Below, in pieces: positions 48,563-62,781 of a stretch of 64,000 nt of DNA (its first letter is position 1; every line of letters starts with the position of its first letter). Source of the DNA: Octopus sinensis. Its lineage: Eukaryota. Location of the stretch: contig NC_042997.1 of NCBI RefSeq assembly GCF_006345805.1, positions 158,534,001-158,598,000 of the forward strand, in the 5' to 3' direction. The position numbers were made by a program, and so were the translations under genes. Below the pieces are notes generated by a model. It made no database searches. It saw only the letters and a program-made list of their open reading frames with translations, and was not told where the DNA came from.

Positions 48563-50966
48563 AGGACTATCGACACAAAGGGTGGTAGAAGACAACATGA
48601 GACGAACAAATTTTAGCAAATGCTCTATTGCCTAAATGCTTAAAAAGAAGGGTAAGAGTAATTACGTTTAGGACATTAGACTTTCATCTGAAGATTTTAT
48701 AGGAAGGCAAGTTAAGGTAGGAAAGTGAATGAGATGTTTTCCGTGAAATGGAGGAAGGCTGAGGTGTGTGTACAGATTGGAGTTTGTCCGTGTATTGATA
48801 TGAACATAGGGGGAATATGTATATGAGTAGGGGTGTGCAAGAGTCGTAGAGTGGTGGTGTGGAATATTAGGAGCGTGGATGGTGAAAGTATAGAAGTAAT
48901 CGTGTTGTGTATGAAGTGAGTTGACAGCAGGTGCGAGTGTGAGGTAAAAGAGGGGACAAGAAAATGTGAATGGTATAGTAGAAGGAATGTGTGTGTGGGG
49001 GGATGTAATGGTATGGATATGACATGCTATTGCTAGAGATATCAGTGGAGAAAATAGAGAAAGAAAATAGAGAAGAAAATAGAGATAGAGGAGAAAATAG
49101 AGAAAGGAAAAAAGAAAGCCATCGAAAGAAGAAATTATTTTTGTTCATCTTACATCCATTTCTCAATTTTAACATTTTAATTGCCTTTTATTTTCTACAT
49201 TCCAACGATGTAGGAGGTAGCATTATTCCTTCGCAAGGAACCAACACCGTCCTTGCAGGAAGATTTCAAGCAATTAAAAATAGATGAGAGCACACACACG
49301 TATAGAAATTAATATCTTAAACGGTAGAAGTAAGAGAGTGACACAAGAGCCGAAACTTCTGCAAATGTTGCTTATCAACATATATATAGAGAGAGATTGA
49401 ATTCTAATTAAAATCATCTCTGGATTATTCGTGAAAAATTGGAATAGGAGAATCATGTGAGAAATGCATATTTTCCAAATACTCTGCCCCTTAATCAATT
49501 AAAGACATAAATTTACCAAAAACGCATTCATTTATTCTTTCAGTCAAGTATAGACATACTCATATAAGGACAAGTAACAGATCACCCTCAATTTCGATGA
49601 GAAGTAATCAATTATTCTAAACAAAGATTATTCATCATTGAACGAGTATATAAAGGCTAACGTTCCACAGACAATGATACTCGTAAAATAATTTGAGCCA
49701 AACTAGCAAGATACATTAATAATAACGGAATATTTTAGCAAAACAAATTTTCAGACAGTTTCTGCTGATCCAATTTCACAAAGTTTGTGTCGAGCCTCAG
49801 TTTTGGTAACGACATTTACAAACCTTCTACGCAGTGGTATACATCAGAAGATATCGTAATTGCGATATTTGGTCATATGTCATAATGTATAAATGAAGCT
49901 CAATACTTATAGGTAAAGTATACATTAGCTTTTCCAAGAAGAAATTCTGACAATTACTTAGAATTTCGACTTGCTCATCTTCGTCGGACTGAGCTATACA
50001 CGGGTTATTCTTGCCATCATATAGACATAATGCGATTATAGTTACCAGGATATTGTCAACCATGAAACATACATACATACATAAACTATGCTCTTAGTTC
50101 TTCTTACTATATGAGCATCCCTAGCCCGAAATGTATGCATCGCATACAGCTGGATAGGTATTTGATATATTCACCTATCTGAAAAGATATATGGAGATAT
50201 ATTTGTTACATACCTCTGTTTAAAAGAGCACGTATACAAGAAACTTTATTGCTGAGGTAGGAAAAGAGAATATTTAGGCACACATTTTCTGAAGATATTA
50301 TATTTTGTAACTGTAGAACTTTAGGAAATTGTAACAGAGTTTGTGACTGATATGATATATTGTATATTGTTTGTATTGGAAGAGCAGCGAGAATGATGAG
50401 AGATTACTGTGTTTTCAGCGCGAAAAAGTTATCTTTGAAATGTCGTAGAACTTAGAAGAAACTGAGTTTGCAAGTAGAGACAAACTCAGAGTTACAATTC
50501 AACATTTGGATCTAATACAAAAGCAGCCTTTGTTAAATTTAAAGGTAGAGAGATGGAAGGGCGTGTTTCTGCTTTGTATGGTTCTGTACGGAGCAATATT
50601 TTCTAATTAATGTTAAATGACTAAGTGTAAATGATATGTATGTATGCATCATAATACATAAGTATATCACGCCATTCGCCTCATCAAAGCCACGTGACAT
50701 TATACTGCTGAATACAATACCATATTAATGCTCATACGAAGGTCACTGGACAAAAGGGGCCAATCCTAAGGACATAATCATAAAGGGTTTAAGTGTCAGT
50801 ATTGTTCTATTTGTTTAATTTCAATCCATGATATTCATTCCGGTTTTTGTTCTCGTATTTGAGACCAGTTGTGGGACCTTCAGGTCACCAATAGCAAAGA
50901 GCCTGAGCTATCATATTCATTTGGAGTCATGCCCGAAGATATTGATTTTCCTCTCAATTTCATAAG

Positions 50967-51011
<45 letters not shown>

Positions 51012-52124
51012 CTATAAATATTCTTAGGTACACTTTTTGATTTTGTCGTATACACATCGTGCGATTTCGGTGCAATACCCATACCACTTGGCCACACGTT
51101 TTCCCACAGTCACACGCGCGCGTGTGTCTGCTTTAAACTAAATTATCTAAATTCCCATTAAAATACATTTATTATACGCACAATGAATTTGTTAATCTGT
51201 TGTCTAATTTTCTTAATTATACATCGGGCTTCCATATTCCATATATATGTGTCTCTTTATTTCTCGCTATCTATTTTCATGTATCTGTATATATTTGTGT
51301 GTGTGTATGTGTGTGTGAATATATGTCGTAAGAATTTATGTATACATAACTGATATTCAATTTATTAATGAAAGCAACGACATAATGGTTAGCTAGAGAT
51401 TAGATATTGATTATAATTTTAGTATCTGATACTGGGGAAAATGAAGTAAAACTCTCGAGCACAACTAATATAGGGGACGGCTCTCAAAACCTATATACGA
51501 AACTCATCACTAGTGGGGACATAACGAAAAATCTACACATTTTCTCGACCAACGTAAAAGTAGTGATGGATGTAGCCCTAGATTTACAACAAAATATGGG
51601 CTGGTCATCATTCGAAATTGTCTCATCATGAATATATTGTATCATGTGTTACTTAGTGTTAAACAATAGTAACAATTCACTACCAATCAACAGAGTAAAT
51701 AATAGTTAACGGCTTGAAACATTAACCATAAAACTACCACATGTAATCCCGTTCGATCCAATTTAGAAATATTATGTCTAAAGAAAAGGTTGAATGGTTT
51801 GAGCTTACTTAAAATGCGTTTAATTACAGGTCTGTCTAAACAAGAACAACAACTGAATGCTAATTGCATCATTTTCAGGCAAATATCTAAATTGTAGGGA
51901 AAAGAGGAAGTTGAAAACCTAAAAGATGTTCATTGGTATGAGAGACGTAAGCGAAATGACAAAAGGTTAAATAGATAGTACAGCCTTCCTCTAATATGAA
52001 TTCGCCTGGTATTGCTTTAGTAACAACGAAATAAATTTAGCATCAGAGCGTAAAGTGTCATTATTAAATACATCCAGACAATTTGTCCGTATTCTATCAA
52101 TTCAGTCTCATAGAAATATTGATT

Positions 52125-52375
52125 TCAAGCACTAGAATAAGGCCTCGAATTTAAAGGCTATGAATAATCGATTAAACTAATCTGCTATCCCAATCACACT
52201 CCCCAGCATCAGTACTTTACTGCTATTTTATTTTATCGACCCCAGAAAGATACTGGGTAAATTTGACCTCGGCGAGAATTTGGACTCTGGACAACATAAA
52301 CGGTTGTAATTAAATATCGCGAGACGTTCAGTCCGCTGCCAAACTAGTGCCATATTGATTCAATCGGCTGGCATT
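52125..52375 (-). mobile_element. Degenerate OR1-like SINE
   Basis: TATTTTATCGACCCCAGAAAGAT..AAATTTGACCTCGGCGAGAATTTGGACTC is the reverse complement of the SINE body. Confidence 0.65.
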
Positions 52376-52459
52376 CAAAGATGTTAATGGAAAAATAATA
52401 GAAGATTTTATATCTACTCCATATTAAATTGGCCATTCCCGTAGACCACACCATTCTCG

Positions 52460-52680
52460 ATTTTATCATCATCGTCATTGTCGTATCTTTGTCACCGTTT
52501 TAGTAGACGCCTTCCGAAGCATTATCTTTAAAACCATCATGTTTATCACTGACGCCGCCATCATCATCATCATCGTCGTGGTCGTGGTCATCATCATCAT
52601 CATCGTCACCATCGTCATTATCGTCATCAACATCATCATAATCATTCACTTTTCTTCCTCTTCCTACTTCATCATCGTTG
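52460..52680. repeat. (CAT/CGT)n trinucleotide low-complexity tract
   Basis: Read directly; explains the poly-D ORF 52500..52730. Confidence 0.85.
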
Positions 52681-53469
52681 TATTTATTTAACATGTGCTT
52701 CTGAAATGTTATCAAATATTTTAATATCATTACATTTCCGATAATCTCCTTTCATTGATTATTTTTCTATATTTCTTGCAAATTATTCGGATGTTAGGTT
52801 TCATAATCTATTAATAAGTTGTTTCCCTTTAATCTGTACAGTTACTATGAGAAGTTGTATTTGTCAGAATTGTTTGAGTAGAATTCACTTACTTTCTCGT
52901 ACGTTCCGGTTTCAAATCAAGCCGGAAGTTGACCTTAACTTTCTTCTCTCGACATTTGATGAAATAAACTTAAGTGAAAAATTTGAATGTCTCTATAGTC
53001 GAATCTATTCTTATTCCACAAATTATATTAAGATATTTAGGTGAAAACAACGTCTATTACGATACCTTGAACTATTTAATTGTAGAATTCTTAACTTCCA
53101 TGCTATGGACGCATCTTATTTTAAATATGTATGCGTGCACCCGTGCTCACACACACACACACAGCCGTTCAAGAATTTAGACCAGGAGATCTCCATTTCC
53201 AGCGACTTCGAGGGCCACTTCCCAGTGGTGTCGGGCGTCAAACAAAGATCCCTCGACTACGACAAGACGACCAAAGTTTTTTTATTCTTTTTTCCAAGGT
53301 CTAGGGGTCTCCCGCCCCTAAGCCCTAGACCATCACCTAATCACCCTTACCCGTCTTGTTGCTTAACAACAACAACAACAAACACACACACACGCACACA
53401 CACATACACAAACACACACACATACACATATTTATATATCAGTTGGCAATAACAAGCAGTAGAATGCGG

Positions 53470-53690
53470 TGATCTTGCAGGGGGAAATGTTTAGCGTCAT
53501 TTCGTCCGTCTTTACTTTCGACGTTCAAATTTCGCCAACGTCCATGGAATTTGAACTGCTAGTTATTTTATCGGACCCCCTTTGGAGTCAATAAAATTAG
53601 CACAAGTTGATCATTGGGTTTCACATACACGACTTAACACTTCCCGTGGAACTTGCTGGCGTTGTGTCAAAATTACAAACCAGTAATAAA
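53470..53690 (+). mobile_element. Degenerate OR1-like SINE
   Basis: GAAATGTTTAGCGTCATTTCGTCCGTCTTTAC..GTTCAAATTTCGCC..CTTGCTGGCGTTGTGTCAAAATTACAAACC. Confidence 0.65.
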
Positions 53691-53957
53691 CGGGAGAAAC
53701 ATAAAATAGAAAAGTAGGCTGCAATTGATTATTTAGGGTTATTCGTTGGTCTTTTACTTTGGAGTTATCTCGGCATATACTCGATTCCTACAACTGGCAA
53801 CTGCAGATTAACAGGCCAGCATTTCGGCCTAAATAAATAATACATGACCGTGTCTCTTTGTATATACTGAAAAATAGCTTTTAATTTCACAGAAATAGAT
53901 TTATATAAAGAAAAGAAAGGGTGAACATGCACTTGAGGATCGGTTTTTCATTTTCTG

Positions 53958-54165
53958 TCTTTTACTTGTTTCTGGCATTAGGTTGCTACCATAGTGGGGC
54001 ACCGCCCTGATGAATCCTTAATCGAATGAATCCTTAATCGACTCCAGTGCATATTTTATTTAACTTATTACTTATACTATCGGTCTCCCCAGCGAAACCG
54101 CTCACTTTCGTGAACATAAATACATTAACTGGTGTTATCAAGCGACCGTGGAGCAAACACACACA
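53958..54165 (-). mobile_element. OK-like SINE 3' half
   Basis: TCTTTTACTTGTTTC..GCACCGCC..TATCGGTCTC..GCGAAACCGCT is the reverse complement of 21620-21800. Confidence 0.7.
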
Positions 54166-54179
54166 CGTATGACCGCGTG

Positions 54180-54358
54180 TGTACCGTTGGCGATTTTTTT
54201 TACCTCTGTCTTCCCTTCTCCTATGTTTCCGACGAAAGTCCGCTCGAAACATTAAACCCACCTTCTTTCCTTCTTTCCTGAGCGTCCAATAATACTATAT
54301 TTGTTCCACGTCCTCGCGTTGTTGTGTTTTTTTGTGCTTTCTTGTTTGGATTAACTTT
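54180..54358 (+). mobile_element. Solo pLTR-like fragment with degenerate minimal hammerhead (54225-54257)
   Basis: GTTT-CCGACGA-AAG TCC GCTC-GAAAC-ATT-AAAC, then TTCCTGAGCG..TAATAC..TTTGTT, related to 21951-22112; ends at (TA)n. Confidence 0.55.
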
Positions 54359-54382
54359 ATATATATATATATATATATATAT

Positions 54383-54548
54383 TTCGCAGGAAGGGCTAGT
54401 TCGACGTGTCGTGTCTGTCCTTACCTTAGAAACACGCATGGAGTCGAACTAGGGACAGCTGATGAAGGGGAATTTTCCTTGTATTGTTTGTCTTTACGTT
54501 TTCGTTTCTCGTTGAGTTCTACGTCTATTTGTGGTGTCCTGCACTCAC
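54383..54548 (+). mobile_element. Short pLTR-like repeat between (TA)n arrays containing hammerhead core pieces
   Basis: CTAGTTCGAC/GTCGAACTAG inverted repeat, GAAACACG, CTGATGA, and a pyrimidine-rich tail. Confidence 0.45.
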
Positions 54549-54761
54549 ATATATATATATTTATATATGCATACATATATACATGTAGATGTAGGTACGT
54601 ACATATATGTATGTATGTATGCATATATTTTATTTATTAATTTATTACATGACTGAATGCCCTCGCGTCGTTTCGTTTCTTTTCTGTTCTCCAAGAAAGT
54701 TTATATATGTATATATATATACGTATGTATGTATGTATGTATGTATATGTATACACACACG

Positions 54762-54925
54762 CGACGAGCTTCTTTCAGTTTCTGTCCATTAATATCGATT
54801 TACCATGATTTGGTCGACATGAGGTTATGATAGAAAATACTTGTCCAAGGTGCCACGCAATAGGAATGAACCCAGAATCAAGTGGTTGGTAAGCAAGCTT
54901 CTTACCCTATCGTCATGCCTGCACC
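54762..54925 (-). mobile_element. OK-like SINE 5' half
   Basis: CTTCTTTCAGTTTCTGTC..ACTTGTCCAAGGTGCCACGCAATAGGAATGAACCCAGAA..GGTTGGTAAGCAAGCTTCTTACC..CCTGCACCT. Confidence 0.8.
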
Positions 54926-54948
54926 TTTATATATATATGTATATGTAT

Positions 54949-54982
<34 letters not shown>

Positions 54983-54999
54983 AGTACGGTTCACGATCA

Positions 55000-57300
55000 C
55001 ACACAAGTAACCGGATCATACTCGCAATGAAAGCATTCATAAATAAAAGCTAGCAGCATGAAACAATTTAATATGACTAATAGAAACATGTCCTAACTCA
55101 CCACGTCAGCCCCAATTTATTCTGCGAAACTACAAGTGCCTTATACACCAAAAACTATCGCCATTGATGGAGATTTCAATGGAAATAGCTTTTCTTGGTA
55201 ATGATAACAAAATAGATAACACATGGGCCAAGAACGATGTCATAACTGAAACCCCTTTACATTACAAACAAACCTCAGTAGTATACCTATATGCATAACG
55301 AAGTTAACTAAGATACCATTTCTACAGATATATTTTTCTCACACATCTATTTGCCATTGCCCTATGGTAATCAGCCGTCGAATTCATCTCCGATCTCTCC
55401 ATGTCATCATCGCAACATATATGAATGAACAATATAAAATCACTTTTAGAAACTTAAACAAAATGTTGAACTAGCTCCAAGAAGAAGCAGAGTTAATGTC
55501 CGCCACACAACCAATTAATACAATTACGAACGTAGATACTGCAGCGCATTCATTCGACAATATAATTATTGGAATTTCTGAAAAATAATATTCTTACAAT
55601 CAGTATGACATATAACCTCTGTCAACACAACCAAAATAGCCTAACAGATAAACAGCAAGGATAACCCCCAAACGCTGTATCAATGCCACATACAAAGCAG
55701 AAATACAATTGTGTATCAAGAAACAAAACAAACTACTGTTAATAACCATCAAACTCAGAAAAGTATTTAATATTTGTATCCAACAATAATCGCAGATAAG
55801 CAGTAAAACCGTATAAAGCAATTATCAGCGTGAACAAACCTAACAATGCCTACTGACAGCAATAACAATTTCAGAAAACATTCCTGCACTGACACAATAA
55901 GAATACGCTCTTGCTAAATATACTCCATAGAACCTAAGCTGTACAGAGGCCATGACTTCGACACTTTCGTTTCACTAAACACCATAAAACCAGAAGAAAA
56001 GTCTGCAAGCTCAAAAGTTTTAAATCCTGCTAAAATGAAGAAAAATAGTGATAATTGCGTTAGATCTGAAGTATTCACTACACTGCTTAACATTTACTAA
56101 CATTCGTATTAACACTGATAAATCCCATGGTTCTGGCAGCTGGCCAAAAATCATTACCATTTCCTATTCAAACGAAATCCAGAGTAAATAGTCTCTTATA
56201 GTTAAGCTTTAAAATGATCTTAGTCGTTTTAGCTGAAAGTAACGAAATAACTATGCCAGCTTTTGCGGACTTTAGGATGACACATACTTGTTATCGCTGA
56301 TGTCAGACCTACTAGTTATAGTAAACAGCACTTTCTCAATATTAGCTTCACTATCTAAACCAGGGGCAACCAAATTTTTTTCACAGCGGGTCGGATAAAT
56401 GAGACAATTACGACCGCGAGCCGTAATTGTATTGTTCAATACAATACAGTGAATACACAAAAGCTAAAAACAACCAACATATTCATTTACCAAAATGCTA
56501 TCAAAGATAGTTATATCACAACTAATGCGCACATGTCCGACTCTCACAAAATAGGCATCAAAGAAGGTAGTCAGATTTGTGAAACTGGTTTGTAGCTTTT
56601 AAGATATCATCAATATTTGCTTTGGAATTTCTGCATCCAACCAAGAGAATTGCTTTCAAATGTTCAACACTCAACCTCGCTCGATGTGCTGACTTCTCAT
56701 ACTTCATTTTTGAAAAATGTTTGCTCACAGACATAAGTTGTTCCAAACACTGATATCATACCAGAGGCAAAACTACTCTCATTGCAGGTACTTACACAGA
56801 AGTTAAAAGATACAGTATGGCGGTGGGCCGGATGAACTGACCTCGCGGGCTGGAACCGGCCCGTAGTTTCGTGACTCCTGATCTTAACGATTAGTCAGAT
56901 AAATTGAATAACTCAGTCCAAGATATAATATGCTAGAAACGAGTTGAATGGTTACCAATGAACTTCTGTAGGAAAATAACTCATAGCTGCTGAACAAGAG
57001 GTTGCTTTTCTTCTAAGCATTGACGAACACAGAACACCCAACTGGAATACGCAGAATCAGTAATTTATGCAAAGAATCAACAGCTGTGATGTTCTGACAA
57101 TTCACATTGTCTTTCGGGAGTAGATCCACTAACAATATCAGGGCCAACGAGCGACTGCGTCAACGCTGTCACTCGATATGCGGGAAAGAGCAGTCAAATC
57201 TCTTTAAAATCAACCACTATCTTACAGTCTTTGGAACTTTGGTAAGGAAACATCCTTGGGAGTGTACAGTCCTGCATACCCATAAGTAGACGGGATTTTA
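55000..57300 (+). mobile_element. Highly decayed APE-type LINE (Jockey/I-like), interrupted by a hAT element
   Basis: IDGDFNGNSFSW (cf. APE GDFNAH..W) at ~55165; LLNIY..IP.FWQLAKI.. (RT domain 0-like) at ~56085-56160; FGKET..VY at ~57235. Confidence 0.45.
56361..56880 (-). mobile_element. hAT (Charlie-type) internally deleted transposon
   Basis: TIRs CAGGGGCAACCAAA / TTTCGTGACTCCTG; 8-bp TSD ATCTAAAC vs ATCTTAAC; subterminal GCGGGCCGG-type motifs; C-terminal dimerisation fragment FSKMKYEKSAHRARLSVEHLKAIL. Confidence 0.85.
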
Positions 57301-60300
57301 CGGCTGGAATGTTTTACTAACATACATCTAGGATGACAGGGTGTTAAGGAATAAACACTCGCACATGCAGAATGAAATGGAAAATACAGAGTTTGCTCGG
57401 ATTATACGACATACTATTATCGCTGAATCTCCGAAGGTGATCTGTGAGTTGAAACCGATTATTTGTACAGCAAAGTATTGTGGATCTAGTTGCTCAAGGT
57501 TTGTCTGCAATAGATACCGTCTATGAGTTTGATGATCCATATAAATCACATTATTCCTACTTCCTGCTTCATTTAAATAAAACTGCAACAAATATTTTAT
57601 TTGCACCCCTCTATTTCCAATATTTTCTTAATGATTGCAATATAAAATAGTATAACTCCAAAATCTAATTGTGTTTAATATTATTGCAATCATTGCTCTT
57701 CTCGTATAACTAATATTTTTTGTTTAATTGAAACCCTATAATTGTGCTCATTGCATAGAAGAAAGCTTTCTACTTTATTATTTGATTTAGTATCATCTCC
57801 TAGTAAATTTATTTGAAAATTAACATCAAATTTACACTGAAATTGTACAAAATAATAGACTTGTAAAATACAGGGTGACTGTTATTTCCATAAATTTTCC
57901 TTCCTTCCACGTAGGTGTTAGCAAATGTCTGCAAATATAGATATCTTTCTGGAGATTTTGTGTTTGAAATGCTCGATCTCTATAGATACAGTTTGTGTCG
58001 TTATTAATAAACAACTTTCATGAATCCGTATCAATAATATTTCCATCTTAAGTAGCCTTTTTTATATTGATTTAACCAAACTCTACAACGTAACATTTTA
58101 TAATTGTGGTTAAACATTTAACGTGACCTTATCTCGTTTTTGATGTAATGGAACCATCAAACTCAACCTATTAAGTTAACGTGTAATAAATTAACCAATG
58201 TTGTAAATGTCAGTTAACAGGAGTTATTCGTCCTATTTCATCTATGCTTATTGTGTTTATTCATTATAGAAATATATTTAGTAACATTAAATGTGTGTTT
58301 GCACACGAAAACGTTTTAAATAAATGTAGATATGGTGGTTATTCTGAAGGATTGAAGCGAAGACCTACAGAAAACATATATATCCTATCAATACCTAGTT
58401 TTTTACATTATCTTACCTAATAATTTTTAGATTCGTTTATGTTCTACAATAAATCGGCGCAGTTAAAGAAAGGGGTATGTTACAGCTAATGCAACAGCCC
58501 TTCTATATTACAAACTAAATCATTTAGAAATTTCTGAACAAGAGACAGATCATGATAATAGTACATTAAGAAGATTACGGAAGAAGAGTTAGTAATTACT
58601 GAGCAAAAGATATTGTTAGTTTAAATAGAAAATATTGAATTAAATAAACTCTCTTAAAGCCAGCCGTGAATTCGGTCGTCGTTCTTTATTGGAAACTATA
58701 TAGAAACTGTCAAAATTTCAATGTCAAAATTTCAAATCGGATAATTTCAAGAAATCAAATGATACACAGTCATAGCAACACAATTAAGAATTATTGTTTA
58801 TATAGTGTATATCGGAAATGTATTCAATAATATCATAGCCTAAAAAATTATCCAACAATTTTACACTGCCGCTCTGTTTACACTAGTGTGATTGTCCCAC
58901 TAGCTGGGACACTTATCGGACAGATTGTAGGACTTGCACCCTGATATTGCCCTGTGCAATATCAGTGATCAAGGACACGTTACTGTTCGTTTGATATTAT
59001 GCTCGGGTGTATTTCTCCTTAAGCTATTAACCATATGATCTAGATTAAAGTTGAAAAATAATTGATCCAGAATTCAAATTCCATTATATATTAATAATCT
59101 AGAACACGGGCATCCCGAATACATATTTCTTTCCAGACAAATATTATACGTGGCAGTTGTTACGTTACTAGTAAACGCGACTTACTGTACAAACATATTC
59201 AAATTGAATGGAGGCGTGCATCTGAGAAGCCGAGTTTACATTCTAGATTTCATTTTCATAATTTCTCTTCATAGACGTTAAAAGATATGCTTGAATATTT
59301 CCTATTCATTTTTGGAACCTCATTCAATGAAACTATTACTGGTTATCTTTCTTTAGCTAGCACAGTGATTTAGTTTTAAATGCCGTTTTGGTATTTTCTT
59401 ACTCCTGCAACTTCACCTTTCATCTAGAAAACATCAAATCAGTAAGAGAAATCAGTGAGGAACTGCAAACCACAAAACTATCTCGACAATTGTTGGAAAA
59501 TGAAGCGATTCGATCATTTAAAACAAGACACTAATACTTTCCCTCTATAGAAATATATAGTAATATAGGAATACATGTACAAATCCCCGATAACGGTGTA
59601 CGCTCACCACGAAGATGATGATGATAAGATGAAAGTGGAGGAAAACATAATGCTCGCAGATGACTGACACAAATAGGAGTGATGTGGCTCTTTTTGCATA
59701 ACAACGGCCACCCAAGGCTTGGGATTCTGCTTGATTAATAATTAACACATTTAACACTATTTTGCTAACTGCGTTTGGCAGCGTTGTAGAAATTTCCTGC
59801 TGGCAAACTGAAAACGCGAGGTAGTTTTCATTCGTTTATTGAAGCCATTTCATTCATTGCTATAAAACTTGGGAGAGTCATTATTATCACAATATAATGT
59901 TTATGCTCCCTGAAAACTATACAGCCTTGTCTCTAGTCACAAGGAACTAATATTTATGTTTAAAGGAGATTATATTATTAAATGAACTGCTGGGTAATTA
60001 AAAACAAATGTAATATTTGTTCAGGTAAAAGTAAAATAAAAAAGAGAATATATCAATATATGACAATCTTAATTTAATATATATAAATAATTTTTATTAC
60101 ACTCTTTCTTAATATTAATATCAGAAAGCATTATATTAATGCCTTCTCTTTATTTCTCTATATATTTCTATATGTTGTTCACTATTATCCTGTATATCCA
60201 TCTGACTATCTCCCTTTTATTCACCACCTCATTTATTTTATCTTTCTATTTCTTTCTCCCTAATATTTCAAAATTTCACCTTCTCTCTATTTTTTGCCTT

Positions 60301-61204
60301 TTATTTCCTTCTGTTTTGATTTCTTCTTTTTATCATTCTCTCTCTTTGTATTTATTTTCTCTCTGTTATTCTATCTTTTTATCGCTTTGTTTCTATAATT
60401 ATGTATCTTTCCATCCCCCCTCCCCCACTCTCTGTCTGTCTCATTGTCTATCTGTACAACTATTTCTTCTTTCCCTCTCGCTCGCTCTATTATTTGCTCA
60501 CCATTTTGTAATTAACTTTTCTCAGATACATTACTTTTATCTGAAAATTTCCTAAATTATATGTAAAATAATATTAAATGTTCTTTAACGAAATGTGACA
60601 TAACTTGTGACAATACCATGTTTTATAGAGTTTTAACCGCAAAATAGACATTTATTAGTTGAAGATAAATGTGAATGGAAAGAGATAATGAACACTTAGA
60701 GTGTGTTGAATTTGAAGAAAATAAATAGTTTAACAGCAAGAATTTATTTAACAACAACAAAAACAAAATAAAACAATAATATTTCGAAGCTGTTGACAAA
60801 AATAATTTCTGCATAAATGAAGTAACTTTAGGTAATTGTAAAGAAATTTCATCTTTTATTTCATTAATTACAGTGTAAGACTTAAATAAATTCTGACAGT
60901 TCGAAATAATTGTAAAATATTCCGCAGCAGCGAAAACTATTTAACGATGGTCTCAATTAAAATTTTGTTGTTATCTGTAGTAAATTATTCAAATTTTGCA
61001 GCATTATTGAAATAACATTTTCTTTTTACCATCGTTACAAGGTCTAAAATTGAAAATATCTCAAAGTATTATGAAATACATTTTTCCCAGGCATTAAACG
61101 AATCCGTCAACCCACCGTCCATAATAATTGTTTAAAACATCAGCACGTGGTCTTACGTGGTTACGTCGGTCCAAAAATTTGACCAATATTATATTTTATC
61201 AACC

Positions 61205-61630
61205 TTAGAAGGATGAATGGCAGAATTGACTTCCGTGTAATTTGAATTCATAATGTAAAGAGGCAAAACATTTACTGCACAGCATTTGTTTTACTTCTGA
61301 CGATTCGGCTAACCCATCGCCTTTAAAGACTGTTTGCAAGGCAGGAAGTGGATTAATCGATCCCAGTACTTTACTGATCGACCACGACTCGTTCAAGGGC
61401 AAAGTTGAACTCGGCAGGATTTAAACTTAGAATGTAAATATTTACAACAAATATCATTGTAGTTTTCCGACGTCCTAATGATCCTGCCAATCCACTGCCC
61501 TCAATAATTGTTTCTGAAATAAACACGAATTTTGAATAAGAGGAAATTGTTGATTGTGTAGATCGCAGTACTTGGCCCCGGAGGAATGAAATACAAGTTT
61601 GACTACGGTGAGATTTGAACTTAAATCCAC
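61205..61630 (-). mobile_element. Three tandem degenerate OR1-like SINE fragments
   Basis: Repeated GGATGAA.GGCA.A.TTGAC..CGG..GATTTGAACT motifs. Confidence 0.6.
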
Positions 61631-62781
61631 AAGTGTCGAACTATTCGAACTAACAAGGGAACCGCAATGTTATCTTTACTAGAAATAATCTCCAAATCGT
61701 TCTCAAATTACTCTCTACTTCTTTAAATCAGAAAAGGACATATTAGATAATGCAATCCAACATTATTCTAAAAAGATTAAATGATCACTACTGGACCGTC
61801 TTTGAATAATAAGTACGCTCAATGTTTAAAATAAGTTATAATCGGTAGAGTAACGTTTTCTACTATAAATATGATCATTTTGAAATGCATAAGTATTGTT
61901 AGCTATCGTCTATGCTGGAGATTTCTGGTTAGCTGTAACCGGGTAAGTCGATGGGCATTCTCATGCCATTCATATATTCACAAACCCACAAGCATATTGA
62001 CTAACGTGTTATTTTTACAGAGGCAGAAAGTGATTTCAGGTTGACATTTTGCGCAGGCTCATTGGCTCTTGTTTATAGATGCATTCATTACAAGCAAAAT
62101 GATATCAGGTTTGTTTTGCTATTTTCATTTTTACTTTTAGCAAATAGAGTAACCTATAAACACAGTAACCGATATGACCTCCTTTAGAAAGTGGCATGCT
62201 GCGGCCTGAGAGACATCTGGCAGCTATTTCTACCTGCCGAGCGATTTATGATGCTATAATGAGAATCTCCTTATTGGTTAGGTTCACTATTATTTTGCAC
62301 ATATGTATGGTTGTATCATAGATGATCAGTGATATAAAGACCTGTTCATTCCCTTGCATACGACCAGGAGAGGCTTGCACATAAAAAATGTTCACTCATC
62401 CAAATGCATATATGTATACATACAATTATCTATATCTCAAGAGTCATTTCTCAAATTTTTGACCACTTCAATTGCGTAGAATTATTAAGTTTATCAGTTA
62501 ATGAAACCTTTCAGGATTGTCTGAGTTTATTTGTTGCCACCAATATTAAATATGTATCGATTTTTTGATCACCCACTTAAACATTTAGGTACCCTTCATA
62601 CAAACTTATGCATTTATTTTCTTACTCAGCCACAAGGCATCCCCCACAAAACATAACAACGGTCCCACTCACATACACAGTCTACAATAATCGCCGGAGG
62701 AAGGAACTAAGGGTACAGACACAGAACGCATCTACTGAATAAATTTGTTTAATATGCTTCTTAATATATATTTATTCTTTA

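Noticed and set aside
52500-52730. Acidic poly-D ORF
   Set aside because: Translation of a (GAT/GAC)n microsatellite.
53190-53255. RTE-like RT motif HFPVVSGVKQ
   Set aside because: Only ~60 bp with no flanking support; at best a tiny LINE fragment.
59569-59667. Short open frame EYMYKSPITVYAHHEDDDDKMKVEENIMLADD* as a terminal exon
   Set aside because: No polypyrimidine acceptor, no recognisable homology and no companion exons.
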